Shown: piece by piece, positions 1 through 10,900 of the stretch | Layout of the letters: each line of letters begins with the position of its first letter | How positions within the stretch are numbered: the stretch's first letter is position 1 | Origin: Oculina patagonica | Taxonomy: Eukaryota | Direction: 5' to 3' | DNA length: 64,000 nucleotides | Assembly (NCBI RefSeq): GCF_052425735.1 | Contig: NC_135770.1 | Span: forward strand, 37,572,001 to 37,636,000 | Notes under the pieces: generated by a model | What the model was told of the DNA's origin: nothing | The model's database searches: none | What the model saw: the letters and a program-made list of their open reading frames with translations, nothing else | Made by a program: the position numbers and the translations under genes

Positions 1-554
1 CGTGATCCCGTTCCACGCACAAATTTTATCTAAATCTGCTAAATTCACGTGTCACGTTAACTTGAAACAGCAGAATTCACGAATCACATTTCTTTTCTAG
101 CTATTTTCACGCATCATGGTCTAATTTTTGCCCTATTTTCACGCGTCACGGTCTCTTTTTCGCCCTTTTCACGTGTCACGCGTAAACCCTTTGCTACCCT
201 CATTTAATAAAATTGCCGGTGTCTGACTGCAGACTGCAGACAGCAAGCCGAGACTAGAAAGACAGACAGCCGTAGATTTCGGGGACCAGTTCCCAGCGAG
301 CGGATCTGTTTGTTTTCAAAGGACTCTACTCACAGGGTAAGGGACTAGATGCCAAAACTTTGTCCTTGTGGGGTTAATACATTCATCATAGACGTTCAAA
401 ATTTCTTGACTAGCCAGGGGGATTTGTATTTTGATTTCCCCAAGAGGTGTGGGGATATTGTAAGTTCAGTCTCATCAGTTTTCATCCGGGTTGATCGATG
501 GATTGACGAAGTTACATTCTTATTATTCATCAGCTTGTATACCCGATCTTCAAG

Positions 555-1790
555 ATGACTACATTGTTTGACTACCTTACACGTGATGGCAGGAATGTTT
601 CCACCCTGCGTGTGGGATCCCCCAGTGAAGACCTGTTAATTAAGTGTGGTGAGCTAATCCACAAGGCAACACTGGCACTTCACACTCCAGAAAATTATGC
701 CAATATATGTCAGTATGGACCAGCTAGTGGTAGTTTAACAGTCAGGAGTGAGCTAGCCAAGTTCCTTACTGAGCAGTATGGCAATACTGTGGACTGTGAC
801 GACATTTGGATCACTGCTGGTGCATCACAAGGCCTTGCATGCATAATTAGTCTCCTTTTCCAGCCTGGAAATGTGGCCTTTGTTGAAGAACCCACATATT
901 TTATCGGTCTAACGGCTTTGAGAGAGGACTATGGAATGAACGTGATCGGGGTTCCAGTAGATCAAGATGGAATCATTGTCGATGAGCTTGAGATAATGAT
1001 GGAAAAACATCTGCAGACACCACCACTGGTCACAACTGACAAAAACCCATTTGCTGCTATGTTATACTGTATCCCTACATTTAACAATCCAACTGGCTCG
1101 GTTCTTTCAACAGAAAGGTGCAAACAGCTCATTAAACTGCTCCGAAAGTATAATGTGCTGGCACTTTGTGATGATGTCTACAACTTGTTGTCTTACAAGG
1201 GTGACAGGCCCCCATTTAAAATGCCACCAAGGCTCTTTTCATTTGATAACAAGACTGACCCTGATTACAAAGGAAATGTGATCTCAAATGGATCATTTTC
1301 CAAAGTACTGGGGCCTGGTTTGCGTCTTGGCTGGATGGAAGTACCTGAACGTGTGCGAAAGATTTTGCATACAACTGGCTTTGCGCGGAGTGGAGGATGT
1401 TTCAATCACTACACCTCTTGTATTGTTACCACTGCAATTCAAATGGGTTTGGTAAAGGAGCACCTGGCTTATGCGCGAGAGGTTTATTATTCCCGTCTAA
1501 ATTCACTCTGTAGTGCCTTGGATAAGTACATGCCTTGTCCAGTTCAATACACAAAACCCCAAGGAGGCTATTTTGTGTGGGTGGTTCTTCCCTCTGAGGT
1601 GGACTGTGACAAACTTTATGACATATGTTTAAATAAATATAGTGTTGACTTTAACAAGGGCTCAGGTTTTTCTTCTAAAGGGCAGTATAAAAATTGCATG
1701 AGACTCAGTTTTGCATTCCATGATGGTCCTACAATTGAGCACTGTGTGAAGCAAATAGCTATAGCAATCAAAGAGATTCTTACTAAGTGA
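555..1790 (+). CDS. PLP-dependent aminotransferase class I/II (YER152C / 2-aminoadipate transaminase-like), paralog 1, intronless CDS, 411 aa
   Basis: Full ORF with fold-type I motifs: QYG, ITAGASQGL, EEPTY, IPTFNNPTG, DDVY, SFSK(PLP Lys)VLGPGLRLGW, PQGGYFVWV, CMRLSFAF. Probable 5'UTR intron 337-533 (cagg|gtaag ... ttcatcag|). Confidence 0.93.
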   Translation: MTTLFDYLTRDGRNVSTLRVGSPSEDLLIKCGELIHKATLALHTPENYANICQYGPASGSLTVRSELAKFLTEQYGNTVDCDDIWITAGASQGLACIISLLFQPGNVAFVEEPTYFIGLTALREDYGMNVIGVPVDQDGIIVDELEIMMEKHLQTPPLVTTDKNPFAAMLYCIPTFNNPTGSVLSTERCKQLIKLLRKYNVLALCDDVYNLLSYKGDRPPFKMPPRLFSFDNKTDPDYKGNVISNGSFSKVLGPGLRLGWMEVPERVRKILHTTGFARSGGCFNHYTSCIVTTAIQMGLVKEHLAYAREVYYSRLNSLCSALDKYMPCPVQYTKPQGGYFVWVVLPSEVDCDKLYDICLNKYSVDFNKGSGFSSKGQYKNCMRLSFAFHDGPTIEHCVKQIAIAIKEILTK

Positions 1791-2506
1791 GAAATTAATA
1801 AATACTTCAAAGATCAGCATGAAGTACTTTTTTAATAATGAAGTTAGGTTGACATGATCACTGTTCCTTTTTTTGTCATAACCTTCTTGCTTAAACTTTG
1901 TTATACGAATATGTAAAGAGACAATAAAAATTGACTGTTTCTTAGAGTTAAGGAATGGGCACAACCCAGGGCTTCATGAACAGAGTTCATCATGTATATA
2001 AATTATATATTACATCTTTTGTTGAGACTGGAGTTTCAAAAATTATATTGACGTTATATTTTGATGTCAAATAAGATATTGAGATCGGGTGGTTGAGTAT
2101 ATTTTTTAACATTGTATTTTATAAATTGGATATTATGCTAACATGTTCTTCTCTGCGATGTTTGCTGATATCAGTATTTAGGTTTGAAAAGAACAAAATT
2201 GGGGTAAAGTATGGGCCAAATGAGTGGGGGATCATTTTTATGTATAGATTTGATACATGCCCTTTTGGGGGGAGGAAGTCTTACATTGTAATAGAAAGGG
2301 GGGTTATTTCAAACCAATATGTGGATATCAGTTAGGTTACTTATAAAAGAAATAAAGTGGACTCTTTCAGTGTAAGTGCTGTTTAGTAATGCATTTTCTA
2401 AAATAGCAACAAGATTAAATGCCAGTAGCCTGCGAATACAGCCGCCTTTCTGTGCTCTGACCAGCTTGTTGGAGACTTTATAATCATCATTATTATTATA
2501 GTCTGT

Positions 2507-2770
2507 CAAGCCAAGTGACCCATTCCGCCCAAGCTTATCCTGGTTTCTGTAGGATTATTTCTACCTCCTGAGGGGAGGGTTACCCCCAAGTATTGGTTTG
2601 CTGGTTCCCTTTTAATACACCTGGGTGGAGAGAGCCAGCACTATGCGCACGAGGATAAGTGTCTTTCTCAAGAACACATCACAATGACCCTGGCCAGGGC
2701 TTGAATCCATACCACTTGATCTGTGGTCCAGCATGCAAACCATTACTGATTAGGCCACGGTGTCTGCCTC
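2507..2770 (-). mobile_element. tRNA-derived SINE, minus strand
   Basis: Reverse complement of a tRNA-like head at the right end (B-box-like ggattcaagccc) plus the body cacctgggtggagaga...gtgtctttctcaagaacac typical of cnidarian SINEs. Confidence 0.65.
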
Positions 2771-2792
2771 GCAGTCAGTGTAGAGCATGGGA

Positions 2793-3045
2793 GGGGAGCA
2801 GGGATGGCGCAGTGGTGGGAGCGCTCACCTCCCACGAATGTGGATCGGGTTTGATTCCGGCCAGGTGCCATATGTGTGGGTTGAGTTTGTTGTTGGTTCT
2901 CGTCCTTGCTCCAAGGGTTTTTCTCTGGTTTTCCCCCCTCCACAAAAACCAACACTTCTTCAGGAATACACGGCCCCACAAGCATATAGCTTTAATCCTT
3001 ACCGTGTCTAAATAAAGATAATTTATTTTTTATTTTATTTTTTAT
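2793..3045 (+). mobile_element. tRNA-derived SINE
   Basis: Head ggggagcagggatggcgcagtggt (A box) and gggtttgattcc (B box), body ttgagtttgttgttggttctcgtccttgctcc, T-rich tail; same family as 57083-57358. Confidence 0.8.
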
Positions 3046-3560
3046 AGAGAAGGGTTTGTTTTTCTCTTGATCAGTGATGTGAAATGGCATCCATTACTGA
3101 ATGTGTGGAGAATGTAGCCTTGGTTTTGGCAAGAAGTCAACACCAATGCTGATGGTAAAGTTTTGCCCAAATCCTATTCCCCCAGCCCATAATAATTATT
3201 GTTTTCCCGTTTTTTGTATTCTAGTCTGAGTTTTACAGTTTATAAGTTTGTGAGTTCCAGTCCCAGTGACCCAAATCCCATTTACCCAGTGAAAATTTGC
3301 CCAAATCCCAGTTACAATTTTACCCCTTCAGGCCCCTTGAACAAGATAACTGTAAAGCACTTACAGTCCCCTGATTGCAAAAATTCCTGTAGGCACGATT
3401 AAAAAAAAAACAGGCATCCTTTTATTTTACTATTGTGACGTCATTGTTCAAAGACAAGTCATTCGATGCCAGATGAATTTATAATGCATTCTGAAAACTC
3501 ACACGTGTACGCATAGCGGACCTATCTATGAGACTCGATCCCACAATGCCATGCTAATGC

Positions 3561-3631
3561 TAGCCTGTTTCAGGCTCTCGGCCCGCGTTTTTCGCTTTCC
3601 CCTTCAACTACCGAGAGCCTGGAACAGGCTA
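3561..3631. mobile_element. 71-bp TIR mini-element with 9-bp TSD (AcademH-type non-autonomous)
   Basis: TAGCCTGTTTCAGGCTCTCGG ... CCGAGAGCCTGGAACAGGCTA, flanked by perfect tgctaatgc at 3552-3560 and 3632-3640. Confidence 0.8.
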
Positions 3632-4403
3632 TGCTAATGCTCGATCTCGGGCAAAGTGACCAATACATATGTGCCGTTGTGGTTCTGTCCTATCTGGCGA
3701 ACCAGTCCTATGACGTAATGTGATATCATGAGCCAATCATATCACGCGTTCTATCTAGTAGCACGCAGCATAAGACTGGTAACTAAACTCTGTTGCAGTT
3801 CGGTCTTTGAGCGAAGTTGTTTTTTCGACGGGTAGGGGCAGGGAAGCAATATTTGACTTGGTTTGACTCTGTACGAAAATATGCAGCGGCCATTTGCAAT
3901 AATTGCGTTTACCTCACAAGATTTCTATCACAAATCGACAGCTTACTGTACTTTCTGTTTTTCAAATTCAACAAAAATGTTCGAGTGGATCGAAGATTTA
4001 TATGGTTGCTTTGCGAACTGCGTGTTTCCGTCCAGCCAATACTCCGCACTTTGATTTATCCTCAAATCAAGATCATTCAATAGTCCTGAAACGTAGAGGC
4101 AAATAAGATCCCTGAGAAGCAGTGCAACCAATTTTAATTTCGGTGCTGTAAATAACTACCACTCAATCTACGCAATTTTACTTGTTCCCAATCTTGTCAC
4201 TAGCACGATCGAAAGCTGGTTCGCGACTAGTGCTTTTGGATAAGGCTTCTCCCGTGTATTTATTTCAGAAATGTTCTTGCCGAGTATATTGTATGGCTGG
4301 AGTGCTTTTCTAACTGTTCCTGGTTCGTTTTGATTTAAAAATCGATTGAAAAAGCAGTACTGGCATGAGCGAAACACCACTGAAACTACTGAAAGCGCTA
4401 ATT

Positions 4404-4708
4404 AAAACACCACAGAGCGCTTTGTGGCCTAATCAAAACACCACAGAGCGCTTTGTGGCCTATTCGAAACACCACAGAGCGCTTTGTGGTGTTTTATTTT
4501 AAAAGCTAACATTAAAATCTTGATGTCTCGTTGAATCGCAGATATCTCACGGCTATTTTATGAAAAAAATTTTTTTTTCGATTTTTTACCCCACAAAGCG
4601 CTTTGTGGCCTATTCAAAACACCGCAAAGCGCTTTGTGGCCTAGTCGAAACACTACAAAGCGCTTTGTGGCCTATATTCGAAACACCACAAAGCGCTTTG
4701 TGGCCTAT
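4404..4708. repeat. Tandem array of ~31-bp units (3+4 copies) with 18-bp palindromic core CCACAAAGCGCTTTGTGG
   Basis: Read directly from sequence; linkers between cores are nearly constant (cctattcgaaaca). Confidence 0.9.
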
Positions 4709-6589
4709 TTTCGTTGTCATTATTGTAGCGATTCCGGTATGGTTCGCTGTCGTTCAATGGTCAGTTAAGTTAATAAGCAATTTTTGACCGGCTCGTTCTT
4801 TCACGATTACTGTTTGAGTAGTGTGAACGTTTGAAACAGTCGGAGATAATTTTAATAATGTACATATGGGGCTCTGCGGAAATATTACCAGGAGGTTAAT
4901 TAGGCGGTTACTTTTAAAGAAATCTCTGAAATGAACCAATCGGAAAGCTTAAGTTTAACATTATTTGAGTTTTTTTGCTATAGAGTGTTCATTATTTCCT
5001 TTTTTTCGGGGAGGGGGGGGGGGGGTGACTGTACCTTCGACAACAGAAAAACTTAAATGACCCCCCCTCCCTCCCAAACAGAAACTTCAAAACTTTTATG
5101 ACCCCTCAATCTTTTATTATATGCAAACAATTTATTATAAACAATTTATTATAAATGGCAGTATTAGCATTTAGAGAGAAAAAATTTGCTTAATTTTACT
5201 TGGCTAAAGCTTGCTTGAACCACCAAGGAAAAACAAAATCTATAAATTACAAATAAAACATTCGAGTTAAAAATCTAGGATTCGACCCATGGTCATGCAT
5301 TATGCTGGATACATCCTCGTACCCAGGGTCTTCGTTCCCTTTGACCAGACTCAAGGTATGAAAATGTGCTGGATATGAAAAGGCTCAGATGGTTATTCAA
5401 TAAAGTGGGAATAAATAGCCTTCGTAATATTTTGGGTCCATGAAAATAAGAAAACTTTCATGACCCCTAACTATCTTGAAACTCTAATGACCCCCCCCCC
5501 ATTAAAAGACACGCCTTAGGCTTTTCTGCCCCCCTCCTAATAATTAAGCTATCCCCCCGCCCCCAAAAAATAATTAATTAATTAATAATGAACAATCCGT
5601 TAGAAGCTAGGAATGTCACTGAATCTCCAATAGATTAAAAAATGACAACTAATACAATTGGCGTTCCCAGGATCGGCTGGAACTATTTAAAACTGTTTTA
5701 ACCGAAATACCTATAAAGTGAAAGCAGAAGTAAGTATGTAGTATCAACTACATATCGCATGTTTTGGTTGGGGAATTTTTGAGGGAGTTATAATGTTCAA
5801 TGATTTATAGCTCTATTTTTAGTCCTTGTTTGTAGACACACCCCTCAGGAATCATTGAACATGAAATGAAACTCATGTTGGATACTGATATCCCCGGACT
5901 GATATAGGCATTTCTTTACACAAGTCTATAGACCATGCCCTAACATTGCAAAGTGACAAACTCGACCAATATTTATAAACATGGACCTCGTACTAGCTCA
6001 ATAAAATACATGTAATTCAGTTACAACAAATAAGAATACAAATCTACTTTATTTATTGCTAGACTAGAATTTATACAACTAGTGTTTTCATTTCAGGTTT
6101 ATTACCAGTACCACTGTCAACTATACTCCCATAGATATTTCTACACAATAAAAGACAAAGTTTTCTTTGTTTTGAAAAGAAAAAAGAATTGGCTTCAATA
6201 ATTTGCAATGCTAAACTGAATTTTTAAAAAAATACCGGTATGGGCACATAAGTTCACGCCCCCACCCCTGGAAACTTACTTATGAAAGGTATGATCAGGA
6301 TGCTTGTTGTGCGCAATATTATTTTTGAAAAGAACCCTAAATGAGACCAATGTATTTGTGGCTTGAGAAAAAAATCTAGATAATATTTGTCTAAGTGAGA
6401 CAATGAGCATCCCTGCTCCTTTCATATGGGATTTGCCCCCCTGCCCCCAGGCTCATGGACGATACCATCTGTTGCTTCTCCCAAACAATTTCGAAAGTTA
6501 ATTTAAGGGCCTGTTTTTTAGCGTGTGTTGCAAAACCACTATAACCTTGAGATTTGTATTGTTGTATTTAAAGTTAGGATAATAAGTTT

Positions 6590-6683
6590 TGGAAATTCTC
6601 TTCTATTTATTTTACACTGGGCCCCTGTTGATACCAGTTCTGCGACTGAAGGGTTCACCCTGTTTAAATATCAATTATTATTA

Positions 6684-6740
<57 letters not shown>
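6590..6740 (+). mobile_element. CR1/L2-like LINE 3' tail ending in (TTA)n microsatellite
   Basis: gggcccc...accag...ctgaaggg...ccctg...aaat followed by about 20 TTA units (6674-6740); same architecture as 49501-49750. Confidence 0.5.
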
Positions 6741-6741
<1 letters not shown>

Positions 6742-7284
6742 AGGTAAATTCCTCACTGCATTTACAGTGGTGCTCTACTAACACAGGCCACCAAACCATT
6801 TTTTTTTATCATTTTTGACATCTTTTCATTAACTTTCTCATGGCTTCCATTCACATCTTTAATAAGCCTGCAAATGCAGACGTATTTCCAGAATCAGCCA
6901 AAATGCATCTGCATTCGCAGGCTAATTCACATCCGGCAAATCCAAAATAAACAGAAAAGAAATGTCAGAGGCCAAGTTGTTAGCTGCCTCTAAAAATGAA
7001 AGGCGGCTGTATTAGCAGGCTACCGAGTTGTTGGTTGACCAACAGGTGACACTGTGCTCAATTTTTTTCACCAAACCTAACTCATGCATTTATATTAGCT
7101 TATTTATCCAGAAAACTAACTAAAGGAAGGTGGCCACAGTTTAATAGTCATGCACGAACAAGACTGGGTTCTTAAAATGAAGATAAACATTCTGTTACTC
7201 TTAACACAGTACAGTGATTTGTGGTTCAATATTTAGTAAGAAAATGTTTTAGATTTATTTCAGACTCATTCTCTATTTACTTAA

Positions 7285-7683
7285 GACGGATTCCGCTGAA
7301 AGTTCGAGCAATGAGTGCGAAAATTAAGTACCAAAAATCTACTCATAGCACAGCAACATTTTGTATACTATTTAAAAGATCTTATCGAAATGCATTTGTC
7401 TTAGTGACCCCGTAATTAAATTCTAAAGCATTCTCGAGAAAATTAATTTAAACCTCGTAAAAATGTTTCAAACGCGCGCCATTTTGTTTTGAATTGGCGT
7501 GAAACGTCCGTTTTAACTGAAATATTGACAATTTCAAATCCATTTTTCTCTCGCGGGGTCAGCTTGAGTGCTAAATTTTTGGCAGGTTTTTGTTAGCTGT
7601 ACTTAGACTGTTACCATGCTAAGAGGCCTTTTTTGGTAACTTTATTTTTGCCTGTATTGCTCGAATGTTGGGCGGAAACCATC
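7285..7683. mobile_element. TTAA-flanked TIR element (Kolobok-like MITE)
   Basis: ttaa|gacggattccgc ... gcggaaaccatc|ttaa. Confidence 0.55.
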
Positions 7684-9185
7684 TTAATTATTCATTATAA
7701 CCGGTAGTGTGTCTATGAAAGAAACAATGATAAATTGTAAAAAAGTACATGAAAAATAAGTACTGGTCATTCCTTATCATTCTCACTAAACTTGTCCCCT
7801 ATTAACTGTTGTAGAGGTCTTCATCATCATTGCCTTGTTCTTCTTGGCCTTCCTCCTGATGTTGTTGATCATTTTGCCCTTCTCTTTCCTCTTTTTCTTT
7901 ATTATCTTCTTCTACTATAACTCCCCTTCCTCCTCATTGATCATATCATCTCATGTCTCTTGAGGTACAGGTGTATATGGCTTGGCCAGGCTGTTAAAAG
8001 ATGGCAAGGAATTTACTTCATTTAATAGACAACAAAACATTGTAGAAAACCAACAATTTTTGTGAATTAAGAGGCCTGTTTTTTGGCTTGTCAAATTACA
8101 GGGACCATTATCAGGCTTTTGTTTTCAAGCTTGTTCTAGTTGATTCCATTTCATCATTACTTAAGATGGCTCTACAGACAAGTTATTCTGGGTACCACTC
8201 AAAGTTTGCAACAGTCAAGTATTCCCTAGATGCATTTTGCAACTAAATTGTTTTGAAAAAAAGTTTTGTGTTGTGTCACAAAAAGTTTTGTTTTGTCAGA
8301 GTCTTTTCACACAATTTGCACAGTTACCGAGTACTGCAATATTTTGGCAACAATTTTTAGTGTTGTGTCTCGACAAGAAATGGGGGATTTGTAAGCTATA
8401 CTCCCTGAATGATCTCTGGTGAGACAGAGAAGTAGTTTTCTTTTTCTAAGATTACAAATACAAATGGGCACTACATGTACAGAGCCCCTGATATGGTTAA
8501 TCAACGAAGGACTGTTGCAAAACCAAAACAAGAAGGTAAGGTTATACAAATAAAGTTGAACATTTTTTGCAAGTCAAATGTTTCTTAGAGGTGCTTATGG
8601 GCAACAAAAGTCTACTTGGGGCAACCAATAAGACACATGAGCCACCAAAAAAAACAAAAACAGAACTGGTTACCCAAAGGGCAAATTATAATTGACAATA
8701 AAGTAAGTGTAGAACTCTACATTAATAGCAGCCAACCTCATTCTTAAAACTTTGTGGCATCCAAAAGTTTTCTGTCCCCTCAACTCCTCAACATGTGAGG
8801 CAAGACAGCAAGGCAGAAATCCTTAACTCCAAATAAAAAGTCTAACCGCAAGCTAACTAAGCTAACTGTAGGCTAACCGGAGTGCTATTTAAGCTAACTG
8901 TAATGCTATTTAGACTAACCGGAGTGCTACGTAGGCTAACCGGAATGGATTGCATGCCTCGCTGCCTCGCACTTTGTGATGACCCCTCCTCAACCTCTCT
9001 TAAAAAGACATATTAATTAACCCTATAACTCCTGAGAAAGTACTGCCAGTACGATAAAGGCGCATTTATGGATGGACTTCACAAAATTTAATTACTTTGG
9101 CGAGACACAACTTAAAAAATAGTTATTTATCAACACATGGCAGCTGTACATATATACCTTATTTTACATGGGAACTGCGGCACTT

Positions 9186-10600
9186 ATTTGGGGGCGGCGC
9201 TTATTAACTTTTTTGTCCCAAATGTGGCACTTTATTCGGGGGTGGCACTTATTCGAGTAAATAAGGTATACTAGTAAGGGTCAATGCTTACCATTCTAAG
9301 TCTCTTCTCATCTTCGGTTTGTAATGCTTTTCCTAATCCAATCCCTGATTCTCATCCATTAATGCTAAAACAGAAATTCAAAGCATTATTATTATAAATA
9401 TAAGAATCACAAAAATGCATTATATCACATGTTGAGTTAGACTGATTGTTTTTTAAAAAAATGCACAGGTAACTTGTAGAAAAAAAGATTTTCCTCAGTA
9501 AAGGGAAATTTATATGAAGTTAAATGCAATTTAATCAAGTTAACCAACAACAAGTGTCTAGTCAGCTGTCTTGGTGGCAAGGGGTTGCTATAGCTAGATC
9601 TTGTCAGGCTCAGTACTCTACATTCCTGGACAAAATAGCATGGTGTAATGTCTTCATGCGGTTCTACGGCATGCTTTAACCGAAAAATATAGCTCGAAAT
9701 TACAATAAAGTTTCCATTAAATCTTTGTCTTTCTGTCTATTTTAAAGCCCTTGGATGGAGCAGGGTTTAGCAAGCTTGGGAGACAGTATTGACAGAATTT
9801 GTCCTATCTTTGGTAAAAAAATGTTTTGTGAAGTTTGTTTTTCATTGCAGTGCTGTTCGCTTGAATCCGCCGTCATAAACTAGGGGCAGCGCTTATTAAC
9901 TTTTTTGTCCCAAATGCGGCGCTCTTTCGAGCGTGGCGCTTATTCGAGTAAAATTAATAAGGTATATGCTGTGCTAGTAGGGGACGATGCTCACCATTCT
10001 TAGTCTCTTATCATCTTCGGTTTGTGATGCTATTCCTCATTCAACCCCTGATCCTCATCCATTAACGCTAAAACAGAAATTCAAAGCATTATTATTATAA
10101 ACAAGAATTACAAAAATGCATTATCATATGTTGAGTTAAACTGATTGTTTCTTTAAAAAAAGGACACATTTTAATATAGAAAAAGAGATTTTCCTCAGTA
10201 AAGGGAAATTTATAAAATATGAGGTTAAATATTAATGCAATTTAACCAAGTTAACCAACAACAAGTGTCTAGTCAGCTGCCATGGTGGTCAGTGGTTGCT
10301 AGCTCTTGTCAGGCTCAGTACTCTACATTCCTGAACATTATAACATGGTGTAATGTCTTTATGCAGTTTTATGGTTCTTGCATAAATCTTGTATACTTTA
10401 ACCGAAAAATATAGCTCGAAATTACAATAAAGTTTCCATTAAATCTTTGTCTTTCTGTCTATTTTCAAGCCCTTTGATGGAGCAGGGCTTTCAAGCATTA
10501 AGCAAGCTGGGGAGATAGTATAAACGGTATTTGTGCTATCTTTGGTAATAAAAAGAAAAATGTTTTGTGAAGTTTGCTTTTGCATTGCAATGCTGCTCGT
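9186..10600. repeat. Local direct duplication (~0.7 kb; about 9186-9862 and 9883-10600) containing a 73-nt minus-strand exon-like unit in each copy
   Basis: Colinear similar blocks, e.g. ctaaaacagaaattcaaagcattattattataaa and tttaaccgaaaaatatagctcgaaattacaataaagtttccattaaatc occur in both; exon-like units 9292-9364 and 9995-10067 are bounded by AG/GT on the minus strand. Confidence 0.85.
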
Positions 10601-10900
10601 CGTAAACTTTTGTGGCAATGCTCTGCCAATTATTCTGCTTTCCACCCGTCGCGATAATTCCTGTTGTATCGCTTCATTAGCCCATATTTTAATAAACATT
10701 TGGTCTCAAAGAAGCTTATAGAAGGCCCAATTTTGAAGCTTTTGGGCACTCGCCTCCTCACTGCAAGTCCACAATTATTAACATGTTTAGTCTGATCATG
10801 ATTGAAACAACCTCGCCTGATGTGAACACTTTTCACAACAAAACATGTAACTTTTATTCGTGATCAGACTAATCATGTTTCACTTAGTGTGAACACAGCT
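10600..10900 (-). mobile_element. Harbinger-like relic: terminus plus Myb/SANT fragment
   Basis: Minus strand begins agctgtgttcacact; decayed peptide MFIKIWANEAIQQELS resembles the Myb/SANT (trihelix) helix of PIF/Harbinger ORF2. Confidence 0.45.

Noticed and set aside
2793-2870. tRNA genes here and at 57083-57160 and 34243-34310
   Set aside because: A/B boxes are present but there is no complete cloverleaf or acceptor stem, and each continues into a shared SINE body.
4404-4708. CRISPR array
   Set aside because: Palindromic repeats, but the linkers are constant 13-15-mers rather than unique spacers; no cas genes; eukaryotic context.
6525-6818. Poly-Leu membrane protein ORF
   Set aside because: The Leu run is translation of a (TTA)n LINE tail.
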